In this document: piece after piece, positions 1 through 11,900 of the stretch
Numbering within the stretch: the first letter of the stretch is position 1
Layout: every line of letters begins with the position of its first letter
Source of the DNA: Ginkgo biloba
Taxonomy: Eukaryota > Plantae > Ginkgophyta
Reading direction: 5' to 3'
DNA length: 22,096 nucleotides
Assembly (NCBI GenBank): GCA_024626585.2
Contig: JANKJI020000002.1
Coordinates: 214,961,295-214,983,390 of the forward strand
Made by a program: the position numbers and the translations under genes
The notes under the pieces: generated by a model
What the model was told of the DNA's origin: nothing
Seen by the model: only the letters and a program-made list of their open reading frames with translations
Databases searched by the model: none

Positions 1-1675
1 TATTGCCATTTTATTAGATCTACAAGAAATCATGGCATATATGGTAGCAAGCCACAATCACCCAAGGATGATAGGATATCCTTATAAGTATTTCTTGGGC
101 TGCAAGAAGACAAAATCTATAGGGTATTTCCAATTAGTGACAAAAAGCATTACCTTGTCAAGCATCCCATTTGGTTTCACTATGGATCAGTTGATCATTT
201 GTAGCACTATATGANNNNNNNNNNNNNNNNNNNNNNNNNNGTCTTAATATGGGTATTTATAACATTCTCATAGTCTTAAAGGTCATCATGTTAATGGTTG
301 CACCAAGGTCCACCAATACTCTTATAATTTTGATATTACCAAAGTCCTTGGATCTGCGTACTTCAAAATGGGTTTCTTACCTAAGAGGACATTTGAAGTA
401 TCTCTAACCATATTAATGTTGGTCGAATCTTTCTTCTTCCTAATCGATTTGGCAAATAGATCTCAAACTTTCTTTACANNNNNNNNNNNNNNNNNNNNNN
501 NNNNNNNNNNNNNNNNNNNNNNNNNNNNNNNNNNNNNNNNNNNNNNNNNNNNNNNNNNNNNTATATATATTTATTTTCCTTTTCTTAAGAATAGGAAGGA
601 TTAAAATATTTTACAACAAAAGGCCAAGTAGCAACATGCATGCTTAATCTTGTAGCTCAGGACATCATCATGTTCATAAACCTCGATAGTGGCACCCTAC
701 AAGCAAAGTACTCTTCTTAGGGTTATAACTAACTAGATAACATGGTCATAACGTGGGGTGCAAGAAGAATGAAAGGAATTTTAACAAAATGATTATTCAA
801 TTTGTCTCCAAAGTTGAATTTGGTCCTCTCTTTCTTAGGTTTTGAAATTTGCATTCTCTGAGGGAACATAATGATAGGGGCATATTTAGTCAAATGAACG
901 ACCTTGATTATTTTAGGTTTTGATAGTTCTTGAATGACAACCTTTTATTTTATCTTTAAAGCTTGAGGTGTTAGGCCTTCAAAAACCCTTCCTAATTGCA
1001 ATGAAATATTTGCACAATGTTGAATCTCTAGAATCATTGGGTGCTCATAATAATTATTCATGGGACACTATGTTTGTTCATATAGTTCTATCCAACAAGC
1101 ATTATACTACTTCTTATTGAAAATGGGATTGGGACCAACCTACACCAATAACATGAGTTGAGGATTACGCAATGATGGTTGATTCTGAGAAGAATTAACA
1201 AGCCTTGCTTGCTACTATAAATTCAACAAGTATTGAGGAGAGGGATGGTAATAATTAAATGGATTCATGGGATTATCATAAAAATTACCAACCATAGGGG
1301 GATAATTAGGATGGCGCAATGGGTAACCACCTTAAGGTTGTGCCCTTTAATACAGATGGGAATAGTTTCAAATTATGTGTGTCCTCAAGGTAATCATAGC
1401 TTCTGCAAATCACTTCAAATTAAAATAAGAATGTGTTAGGTCCTCGTGGATCTTGTCATAAAATTATGAAGGAAGCAATGAAGGAATGTTCTTCATATCA
1501 CTAGTTATGAATCTTCCATGATCTTGATGGAAAAAACCATGGTCAAGGGGCCATCATATCTTATCATAAAGTTATCATCTTCCCTTGTAGGATCTTATTC
1601 CACTGCTTCTTGATTTAAGTTAATGGAATAAAAAGTAATAAATCATCCTCTAGTGTCTTTGAGTTAATTTTTCAT
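1..1675 (-). mobile_element. Degenerate Ty3/gypsy (Athila/Tat-like non-chromovirus) gag-protease region, internally deleted
   Basis: Manual minus-strand translation. Probable gag start M-K-N-*-L-K-D-T-R-G-*-F-I (ATG at 1675). Gag motif HEDPNTFLF*FEVICRSYDYLEDTHNLKLFPSVLKGTTLRW (~1325-1450). MFPQRM...VKIPF (~770-880). KYADPRT and aspartic protease motif VLVDLGATINMMT (DLGA at 299-310). Then VLQMIN*SIVKPNGMLDKV...WKYPIDFVFLQPK...GYPIILG*LWLATIYAMISCRS (1-210). Many stops are CGA>TGA, CAA>TAA or TGG>TAG types. Confidence 0.85.
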
Positions 1676-2326
1676 TTACTCCGTACACTTAGGACACCAC
1701 CTTAGTCTACTCACGCAAACTCACTTTGAAAGGGATAAGTTGCAGCTTTATTGCAATTACCCTCTAAGGTCACATGCACCCAATGTGCAAGTAAAATTAA
1801 TGAAAAGATGTTGTTAAAATAAATCTATTGCACCCATCAAATCCTTTGGAAAAGGTATGCATTAGATCTTCTAAGAAATCTATTTCTATCTTTAAANNNN
1901 NNNNNNNNNNNNNNNNNNNNNNNNNNNNNNNNNNNNNNNNNNNNNNNNNNNNNNNNNNNNNNNNNNNNNNNNNNNNNNNNNNNNNNNNNNNNNNNNAAGA
2001 GTAAATCACATTTCTTCTTTCAGGAGAAAAGATGGCTCTATGACTCATCATTAAGAGGAAATCAAGGCTAAATCCCTCCTTCATTTTCAAGACTTACTTT
2101 CCTCCGTCAATCAGGATAGAAATGTGGCTCAAGATAAGATCCTCAACAACATACCTCACATAATCAAAGCACATGGTAATGATTCTCTTCACAAACATGT
2201 GGACTTAGAANNNNNNNNNNNNNNNNNNNNNNNNNNNNNNNNNNNNNNNNNNNNNNNNNNNNNNNNNNNNNNNNNNNNNNNNNNNNNNTAGGCTATTAGG
2301 AAATCATCAAGTATGATCTCCTCGAA

Positions 2327-3160
2327 ATGGAAGAAGAATCCCATAAGCATGGCTCTGTCAACTCTACATTCTTGGCCCTCATTCCAAAGAACTACAACCC
2401 CACAAGTTTCGACCATTTCAAACCAATCTCCCTCTATAATCCTCTTATAAAATCATCTCCAAGATCATCGCCAATCGCCTCAAGCCCATCCTCCCACACA
2501 TCATCTCTCCTGCCCAAGGTGGTTTCATCCCTAGCACGCAAATTTTTGACAACATTCTCACCCAAGAAGCCTTGCATTCTTCCCACCTAAATAAATCAAA
2601 AATTATGCTTCTCAAAGTTGACTTGGCAAACACCTTTGACCGTCTAGATAGATCTTTCATTTTAAAAATTCTTGACAAATTCGGCTTTAATCCCCAAATG
2701 GTGGCCTAAATTAAAGTGTGCATCAAAAATCCCAAAGAGGTTGTCCTAATAAATGGAGGCCCCACAACCTTCTTCCAATCTGCAAAAGGCATCAGGTAAG
2801 GATGCCCCCTATCACCCTTCTTATTTGCCATTGTCTCTGAATCCTTAAGTAGAGTAATCAGAGCAGAGGTCCTTTTGAACAATATGTAAGGAGTCAAAAT
2901 CTCATCCAACATCAAGGAAATTACCCACTCTCTCTTCATAGATGACACAATTATTTTTGGAAAGGTGACTTTGAAAACAACAAAGATTCTACATTCTATT
3001 CTCTAATATTTTACAATAGCCATAGGAAGACATATAAATAGAGATAAGAGAAGCATATTCTTTTCTAATGTACCCTCAAGATTCAAGAATATTATTTGTA
3101 GGGAATTCCATTTCAAATAAGGAGACAACAAAAAAGTTTTTAAATACTTGGGAGTCCTAA
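2327..3160 (+). pseudogene. LINE reverse transcriptase domain (frameshifted, with stops)
   Basis: NSTFLALIPK...FKPISLYN / YKIISKIIANRLKPILPHIISPAQGGF...LKVDLANTFDR...KGIR*GCPLSPFLF...THSLFIDDTIIFG (FIDD at 2935-2946, the catalytic YADD position)...FKYLGV. Confidence 0.93.
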
Positions 3161-4109
3161 ATCAAATTCACAACACTTAACTTTGAATACTAGCAATTAA
3201 TTGGGTTGATTAGTGGTTGAATTTGGATGACAAAGTAACCTTAATCAAAGTTGTCCTAAATGTAATACCCATATACTAGTTCTCTATCCTTATTTATCCT
3301 AATGAAATTCTAACCTCTATAGACAAATTGATTTTAAACTTATTTTAGAAAGGAGGNNNNNNNNNNNNNNNNNNNNNNNNNNNNNNNNNNNNNNNNNNNN
3401 NNNNNNNNNNNNNNNNNNNNNNNNNNNNNNNNNNNNNNNNNNNNNNNNNNNNNNNNNNNNNNNNNNNNNNNNNNNNNNNNNNNNNNNNNNNNNNNNNNNN
3501 NNNNNNNNNNNNNNNNNNNNNNNNNNNNNNNNNNNNNNNNNNNNNNNNNNNNNNNNNNNNNNNNNNNNNNNNNNNNNNNNNNNNNNNNNNNNNNNNNNNN
3601 NNNNNNNNNNNNNNNNNNNNNNNNNNNNNNNNNNNNNNNNNNNNNNNNNNNNNNNNNNNNNNNNNNNNNNNNNNNNNNNNNNNNNNNNNNNNNNNNNNCA
3701 ATAGAGCACCTCTTTATTTTTTGTAAGGTAGTGCAACATGTATGGTTAAAATTCCTCAACATCAAAAAAAAAATCTCTCCTAGAAGAAGAATTTACATAG
3801 AAACATAAGATCATAAGATTATTGCAGTACTATTCACCTCTATGCACTCTTGAACATCTTTAGATAGACAAAAATCTGTGTATTTATTAGAAATACGCAA
3901 ATGAATCCTTCCATTATCTAGAATCACATCATTAAAAGTATGAAAGATCAAATCTCAACTCAATCCCCTAAATCCATGACCTCTTAAGATACAGTGGATT
4001 CCACCTCAAAGAAAATCTTAGAAACTTTTAACCTTAAAGACAAAAATTCAAAAATCAAATCCTAGAAAACATCTCTTAATCTAAGAAAATGGCATCTCCC
4101 CTTTGTTAT

Positions 4110-4480
4110 TATTTGATGGGGCATCTCAAATAAACCCTAGAATGGTAAGATCAGGGTGTATAGTCACCCAATTTTAGTAGTAATGGTAAATTAAGTATGC
4201 AAGAAGGTCTAGGAACATCTACAAATAACTACTCTAAATTTAGAGGATTAATCACATGCATCAAGATAGCATTAGAGGATGGGTTATATTGCAAAAACAT
4301 AAATGGTGACTTAATGTTGCCAGTGGCCTACCTTAATGGGATTTGGAATCTAGACAACCTCATTTTAGCGAATTTGATTGAGGAAGTTGTGAACTACTTA
4401 ATCACTTCAAAGAATGGAAAATTAGCCATATTTTAAGAGAAGTAAGTGATCATGTTAGTTATATTACCAACAAAGGAACA
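4110..4480 (+). pseudogene. LINE-associated RNase H domain (RVT_3-like), degenerate
   Basis: YFDGASQINPRMVRSG...GLGTSTNNYSKFRGL...INGDLMLPV...WKISHI/LREVSDHVSYITNKG matches the FDGAS.GNPG / TNN.AE / GDS / HI.RE.N..AD layout. Includes ORF 4197-4436. Confidence 0.85.
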
Positions 4481-4599
4481 CTACTAAGAAAAGGATAATT
4501 TTAGATCCATAAATTAAATATATGACAAATATTTCTTCTATTCTAGATAACAACAAGATCGACTTCCCATTCCTAGGCCATTAACAAAAAATCCAGGGT

Positions 4600-5140
4600 A
4601 GCTAGTCAATTTTTCATCAAACCTTCAATTCATTTGTCAACCTCTATTATTCATTCACTAAAGTCCTTTCAACCTTCATTAAATCTTTGTTGCTTACTCA
4701 TCATCATTCCTTTATTCATCAATTTCCTTTTCTTTGTTTATTAATTCTATATCTCTTATTTATTTCCACCCTTATGTTTGTTCATTAATTGATGTATGAT
4801 GTTAATTGTAGGACCTATTATTTTCCCTTTATTCATCTACCCCTATTTTTTCACCCTCTATTCATTTATAGTAGGTGTTTGTCTATTTTTTGCATTCATT
4901 CACTTGTCTATATTTTTATCCATTCACTTGATCGCTCACTTAGTAGTTTTTCCATTGTCATGTTCAGCTCCTTACCTTCCTACCCAATCTCCTATCTGCC
5001 TATTTATTCACTCTCCCATTCATCTAATTAGCCCATTCATCATTAGTTTGCATATCTATTCACCTACTCCCCAATATTTTTTCTTTCCCACTTTACTTCT
5101 CCCCTACTCACCCATTTATTCATTCCTTAGCAACATCTAA
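4600..5140. repeat. Pyrimidine-rich low-complexity tract with degenerate (CATT/CATC)-type units
   Basis: Dense ttcatt/attcat/cattca motifs and few G on the + strand. Local tandem cccattcatctaattag-cccattcatcattag at 5015-5046. Confidence 0.65.
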
Positions 5141-5645
5141 TAATTCATCTTTGAGGAATTTTTAGCTTCCTTATCTTTTTCATGCAATTTTTAAAGTCAA
5201 TATTTTAAAAGGTGTTTCTTGTCCTGGCAAAGTTCTAGAGTGTTTGTTCATATGTGATGGTCATTTTGGAGGCTAGGATTATTCTTCACTCAAGAAGCGC
5301 CATATGGCCAATTATGTATTCTTATCAACATTCTCTTTAAGGAGGTTATTAGCCTATTTAGAGGTCTTAGTGGGTGGTTATCTATATTTTTGCATTATAC
5401 CTCGATTCCTTATGAGGTTCTTGCTTTAGTGTTTTATTATGTTTTGGTGCCCAAAAAAGTATCTATTTATTTATTCCACATAATCATTGAGCCAGTAGCT
5501 ACTAGTTTGAAAGTTGTGTAGTGGTTTGTTTGTCTAATCATAGGGCCTGAAGGGGTTTCTTATTGGGTTTCCCTTTTCAGTGTTAAAATTTGTAACATTT
5601 GAATACTAATAATATAGATTTTTATTTTTGTCTAAGAAAAACTTA

Positions 5646-6290
5646 ATGGTTAGATGAGATCTCTAATAATGAAAAATGATTTTCAATAGTTGAATGAAGA
5701 TGATGTCGAGGCAATTAATGGGAACACTTGTTTGAACCATTTGATCCTATATCTTATGTTTCATGGATATGGTGATAACTTCATAGGGGGATATTACCTC
5801 CCCCTCTGACCCTGTTGTGGACCTTACCCCTTCCTCAAAGATTCATGAAGTGGCCAAAACTTTTCATACATTTGAACCTCAAAAGCACTATGTGCCTCTA
5901 GTTAAGAACTCTTCCTTCATGAAGAAGCTCATAATCAACCCTTTCTACAAGATACTAGTGAAAAATTTTAGAAACAAACTTCTCTTTCTAAAATCAAGGG
6001 ATTTAATTGATCATTTTTATGGTATGCGGCCAAATCTTAGTAGCTTGAAGGCTTGGGTGGAGTCCTCCTAAGCACCCTTGTTTAAGAATATAATTTATGT
6101 TATTAGTATTGGTTGAGGATATTTTGTGGCCATTTTATCTTCAAAAGAATAAACAGAGATTATATTTAACCCAAGACCTTATTTTTATGGGAATAAATGG
6201 TCTCTATATCATGCACTAGCATTTAACTTCATCCCTTTGATGGATACATTATCCTTAGTTTCATTGTGGGTTCATCTACCTTTTCTTCCT
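5646..6290 (+). mobile_element. LINE ORF1 remnant (DUF4283-type RRM region)
   Basis: LIDHFYGMRPNLSSLKAWVESS*APLFK...G*GYFVAILSSKE*TEIIFNPRPYFYGNK/GLYIMH*.../FIPLMDTLSLVSLWVHLPFLP matches the plant L1 ORF1 pattern LIG.F.G.WP...W....W.P...GRG.F...F...ED...I...GPYF...VPVWV.LP.LP. Truncated by the N-gap at 6291. The start at 5646 is tentative. Confidence 0.85.
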
Positions 6291-6390
6291 NNNNNNNNNN
6301 NNNNNNNNNNNNNNNNNNNNNNNNNNNNNNNNNNNNNNNNNNNNNNNNNNNNNNNNNNNNNNNNNNNNNNNNNNNNNNNNNNNNNNNNNN

Positions 6391-8538
6391 GAATCTTTGG
6401 TAAAGAATAATAATAAAGTATTATATAAGGTCGACGTGAACTTAATGGCCAAAGGTAATTATGAAGGTGTAATTGTGTGGACATTGAGAATGTTTAATGT
6501 TGAGGATGATATAACAATTTGTGTTGCATAATAGTATATCATGTATGATGCATTAAAGAATAAGATAAAATATAATGTTAAGAAATTTTATGTAGATAAA
6601 ATTATGTTTGATAGTTTCTTAGTAAATACAAGTAGAATGAATAAGTTCATACATTCCTCAGTAACTTTGGCAATTACCTTTTTCAGATATAAGATTACAA
6701 AGGAGATTCTTATCAAGAAACAACTTGTTCAACTTAAGTTCTACATGTTAAAGAATTTCTTCTTTAGATGGAATCCTAGGAAGGCTTATGAGAAAATGAA
6801 ATTTGACATTGTTAATGATAATGTTTATAGGAATATATTAAAGGAATTTTAGACAAGAAGAGGTAGAAATATATAAAAATTCTAAGGGATATAAGAGAAA
6901 GTCTTTAAAAGAGAGAATTATATAGTGGTAAAGTTTTTTCCTATCTAGGGCCTTCAAAAAATTACCAAAATTATCCATGATAAATGACATGTACGAAGAA
7001 ATAAAAATATAATTGAGTACATATAATTTTAAAAATTGGGATTAAAGTAGGAAAAATTCAAGATATATGAAGGGGATCAAAATAAATATTTTTGGCATGA
7101 AGGTAATAAGGTCAATATGTAAAAAATATGCCAATCATGAATATGATTTTAGTGATGGATCGTGGGAATTTCTCAAGACAGGAAACATGTATGATCCAAT
7201 AAAGATTACATATACTTTTCATAAGACTTTTAATCTATTTGATTCCTCCAATCCTTATAATGAATTAGAAGGACATGAAGATTTCATACCCTAGGAACAA
7301 ACAAGAGAGGGTTAAAATAATTTTTTTATAGATAAAGTTAATAAAATCATAACTTCAAGGGTATTAGGGGATTTTTGGAGAGGAAGATAGAGAAGATATT
7401 ATATAAGCATAAATGGAGATAATTAGAGATTTGATACATTATGATAGTGATTATGAAGACACTAAAATAACTTTAGATATAAATAAGTAGGATACTACTA
7501 GCTCCATAGAGATAAAGAAGAAAGTAAATGAGAGAAAATATGATCTTTCCAACAAAGAGTGAATTGGGAGCCTTAAGGAGAAAGAACCAACAAGTTATCA
7601 AACTATGGAAAATAAATAGGAAATATCTAACTAGTGGTATAGAAAGAGGACCAAATAAAAGTAAAGAACAATAAAAATCCCTAGAAGTCACATTGGGATA
7701 TTTGTTGAGAAAAAAAGGGGATAATAACTCCATAAAAAAATAAAATAGAGTAATTTTTCTAAGGAAAATTATATGCCCACAAAAATAATGAGGGGTAGTA
7801 TTACTCAAGATATTGGTAAAGGAGGAGATGAACAACCTCCTAAGAAAAGATAAAAAGTATAGAATCCTCATGAATTGAAGACTATAAATATTGAGTATGA
7901 GGATAATAATCCATAAGTTGAGAAATAATTTAAGAATCATGTGCAAAGTAAACCAAAGAAAATAGTCATTAAGACTAGTAAATGAGTTTCACAAGGGAAA
8001 GAATCGAAGGAAGTTACTCAGTCACATCAAACTACCCAACTGCCATAAGATAAGGAAAATGTTGTGATTGAAGAAACTCAAGCAATAGGATAAAAATAAT
8101 AGTAGCAACAATAGTGGTAGGATTTTATTGAAGAAAATTAGAATAATGATTAGCCAATGGAGGTTGAAATGGAAAAATAAGCACAGGTTGATGTAAGGAT
8201 CAATGAACATCAAATTAATCAAATTGGAGAAGTGACAATGATTGATAATAAAGAAATAAAAAATCTAGTATTATTCTAACAAAACCATTATAGAATATGG
8301 CTCCAATAAAAGATATTACTAAAGAAGATATAGATAAGTGAGTGATTTTTATACCACTAAAATAGAAGAAGAACATTGAATTCAATGTGCAAGAGACAAA
8401 CAAACTGACTATAATTAAACCGAAGGATGGATTATAAAAAACTAAAAAATATTTAGTTTAAGAAGACTTAGAAACCTAGGATTTATAGATTGACACAGAA
8501 TCAATGACACTACAAGGTATAAAAAATATAAATGAAGG
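6391..8538 (+). pseudogene. Long decayed ORF, probably the additional (non gag-pol) ORF of a gymnosperm-type Ty3/gypsy element
   Basis: One frame reads protein-like from 6391 through ORF 6541-6852 and on (…LVQLKF…FDIVNDNVYRNILKEF…FKRENYIVVK…LPK/IIHDK…), then ORF 7067-7294 with NMYDP, then a K/E-rich tail. Strong A/purine skew. The family assignment is from recalled motif similarity, not a search. Confidence 0.5.
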
Positions 8539-8638
8539 NNNNNNNNNNNNNNNNNNNNNNNNNNNNNNNNNNNNNNNNNNNNNNNNNNNNNNNNNNNNNN
8601 NNNNNNNNNNNNNNNNNNNNNNNNNNNNNNNNNNNNNN

Positions 8639-8965
8639 TCCAATTAACTCCATAAAAACCCTGAGTTGTATCAGAGCCAGACTAGAGAAAATCACACAGT
8701 AGGCGCTCTAGCTTGGAAATTACATGTTGAGAGGGGGGCCAACATGAGGAGTAGTAAACATGAGTAGCAACTAGAATTTTAGAGCACACCTGAAACCTTC
8801 CTGCCAAGGATAAAAATTGGTGAGACCAATAATGATCATGGTTTTAGTTGTAGGTCATCCTTAGAGAAGATACAGATGAATGCAGGTCACATTTGTAGTA
8901 ACAAACAAATGATAAAAGGCAACAAATTTGCAATTGAGGCAATAAGCTAAGTTCATAATGAACTT
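8639..8965 (+). mobile_element. TRIM-like non-autonomous LTR retrotransposon: end of 5' LTR, PBS(Met), ~50 bp internal segment, PPT, truncated 3' LTR
   Basis: ttgtatcagagcc at 8666-8678 (one mismatch to the tRNA-iMet PBS TGGTATCAGAGCC). Polypurine tract gagagggggg at 8729-8738, followed a few bases later by a TG start. No coding sequence lies between them. The 5' LTR is mostly lost in the N-gap. Confidence 0.6.
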
Positions 8966-11900
8966 TTAAAAAATCAATAAATTAAAAAATTTATCTCTTT
9001 TGAATTATCTTTCATGTCTGGGCCACCATAGTATTCATGTGCCACATTTAAAAATAAAAAATAAATTATCATAAATAAATTTTTAATATATCTCTATCAT
9101 ACTCAAAATTCAAGTAGTAGTGTGATAAAGTAGCCAGTTTGTAGTAGGGAGGTCACAATTTTGAATTTAAAAAAAAAAAAAAATCTTTTTTTTTGCAATG
9201 AAAATCCAAAAGGGATAATAGATTCAATTAAAGAAATAAGTGAGCAAAAGTATGGCATTAGAAAACTAGTCAAATGTAATTAGAGTAAGCTAAAAATTTC
9301 CAGGCATGGAGATTGTTATATTGATAGTTAAATGGATCATATAAGACAAAAAAAATGGAGAAAAATGTAAGATATTTTAATTAGTGAAAATGGGCTCTTG
9401 ATAAAAATTCTAGTGAGAACTACTAAGTTGGCTCCAAAATTAATTAAAATGAACCATCAAAACAAGTTATTTTAAAGCAATATTTTGCATATGTGGAGAG
9501 GTTATAAAATTCAATTGAGTGAATCAGATAACCTTTAAAATATCAGGTCACAGATAGCTTGGCATAAAGGCATGGTAGCAACTAATTTATGTAGTGTAAT
9601 GGTGATTGAGAATTCATAAGACAACTAGCATGTTAAATATTATTATCATAGGTGAAAAATTAATATGAGAAAAGGGGATTATTTGTGCATGTGCATTGTA
9701 GAAAAAATAGACTGCAAAGTTTATGTGTTGTGATGGTTGATGTAGACCTTAGTATGTAAGTTTCCCTTAGTAGGGTTGAGTTGCTATAGAAGATAACAAG
9801 TATGTTGAGTGACTGGTATTGCCACAAAATGAGGACAGAATGGGTGAAGGTTCTTGAGAGAATCTTGTTGCAAGTATAATAAGTGGTATGAGCCATTGGA
9901 GAGATCAAGGAATGGACAAGTTAAGTGTCCAAGGTTATAGGGGAAAAATTGATCCCTGGGTGAATGGGATATGTGAGATCCCATAGAGAAATAATAACCT
10001 TATTTATGAGTCTACAGAGGAAGTGTTTAGCCTAGATTAAAATGGATGTACATGCATAATATTGTGAGGCCATAGAGTTGTAAGATGAGTTGCCCAAGAT
10101 CACAATAAGTCATAGCCCCATATGAAGTAGTAGACCCGTGATAATATGGATGAAAAAATCTAGAGAGCAAGAGAGAGGATGCCCAAGAAGAGAGAAGAGA
10201 AGAGGTAGCAAAATAGAGTAGAAGAGTGGTAAACTAATGGTAGAGAGAGAGAATGCAAACAAAGCAGAGAAAGAAGGAGATGTGATATCANNNNNNNNNN
10301 NNNNNNNNNNNNNNNNNNNNNNNNNNNNNNNNNNNNNNNNNNNNNNNNNNNNNNNNNNNNNNNNNNNNNNNNNNNNNNNNNNNNNNNNNNNNNNNNNNNN
10401 NNNNNNNNNNNNNNNNNNNNNNNNNNNNNNNNNNNNNNNNNNNNNNNNNNNNNNNNNNNNNNNNNNNNNNNNNNNNNNNNNNNNNNNNNNNNNNNNNNNN
10501 NNNNNNNNNNNNNNNNNNNNNNNNNNNNNNNNNNNNNNNNNNNNNNNNNNNNNNNNNNNNNNNNNNNNNNNNNNNNNNNNNNNNNNNNNNNNNNNNNNNN
10601 NNNNNNNNNNNNNNNNNNNNNNNNNNNNNNNNNNNNNNNNNNNNNNNNNNNNNNNNNNNNNNNNNNNNNNNNNNNNNNNNNNNNNNNNNNNNNNNNNNNN
10701 NNNNNNNNNNNNNNNNNNNNNNNNNNNNNNNNNNNNNNNNNNNNNNNNNNNNNNNNNNNNNNNNNNNNNNNNNNNNNNNNNNNNNNNNNNNNNNNNNNNT
10801 ATAAAATAAATTTATTAATGATGATAATGGTCTATTAAGTATAGGGATAGTTGTTAGAATAAATTAATGTTTACATGTTATAATTAGGATCATAACCTAA
10901 TGTTATAGAACCTTGATATTTAATGTAAAAGGGGTGAGTCATCTTAGGGTTAGTCCTTAAGGTGACACATGTTGGGAGTTACTAGACAAGTTTCAAATCC
11001 AAAAATAATAATTACATTAAATATTTATATATATACTTGTACCAGGTCTATACATTTTTTAAATGAGCATTAAAGAAGGTCATGGTAGGCCAATTCTACC
11101 TAAACTTGTCTTATTTTTGTGTGTTTATTAATTATTTTATATTAAATTAATTTTAGTATCAATTTTAACATGTGATGTTAGAGTTGAGGGTCAATTCCTT
11201 AGCTTGAACTATGTGAGGATGAAATTCTCAGTCTTATTCGAATCTAAAGTTTAGGGTTAATTATTAAGCCTAGTTCATATGTTAAGGTGGTTTGTACTTG
11301 AAGTTCATTGGGAGAACCAAGTTATGTGGGGTATGAACATGTTTTGCATATGTTTAATGTGTAAAATTACTTTTATGAGGAATAATTCTACCTATTATAG
11401 TGATTTGAATGTTAAATATCAAAGAACAGTGTGGCACAAGTGAACCGAGGGAGAAATATCAATGTATAGAAGTGTTGTGGATAGAACATGTGACATGAAT
11501 AGATTGAGAGGAATTATTATAAATTCTTGGAGAACTAAATGTGATGAGAAATGACAATGGTTATGAAGAGAGATGAGTCCGTGGAAGAAAATAAGCCCCA
11601 TGGAAAACATAGATAGAAATACGTTGAGTAAACATTTGTATCAAGAAAAAAAAAATACCATATAAAGGAGCATGTGAATATTGTTAACTCATGAATGAGT
11701 TAGATCCAATGTTAAGAAATTAAAATAGACCATCAAGAGACTATAGAAGGATCCACGCAAAATGCTATTAAGAATTGAATGGAATATGATATGTTAGAAT
11801 CGTTGTAATTTAATTAAAATTAACAGGTGAATGAATGTCGTTAGAATGCTAATTATTTCTAGGGGATAAATCTAGATGGAAAAAGGAGGATTTAAAGTCA

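Larger units (their letters stand above)
1997..5641 (+). mobile_element. Degenerate L1-clade LINE: ORF2 (RT, zf-RVT, C-terminal RNase H) plus putative ~1.1 kb 3' UTR
   Basis: Colinear ORF2 motifs from 1997 (NHISSFRRKDG..., ILNNIPHII) through RT, a zf-RVT remnant IEHLFIFCKVVQHVW (~3700-3745) and RNase H. The 3' end is placed tentatively at the short A-tract (taagaaaaa) ending at 5641. Confidence 0.85.

Noticed and set aside
634-653. Minus-strand caagattaagc-atgcatgt resembles the 18S rRNA 5' region (AAAGATTAAGCCATGCATGT)
   Set aside because: Only ~20 nt with an indel, and the flanks do not match 18S. Most likely chance.
4789-5140. Two hydrophobic ORFs (80 and 114 aa) that look like membrane proteins
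   Set aside because: A by-product of T/C-rich low-complexity sequence. They overlap in different frames and show no motifs.
7473-8403. Hydrophobic minus-strand ORFs (157, 66 and 62 aa)
   Set aside because: Reverse-complement shadows of the A-rich plus-strand fossil ORF.
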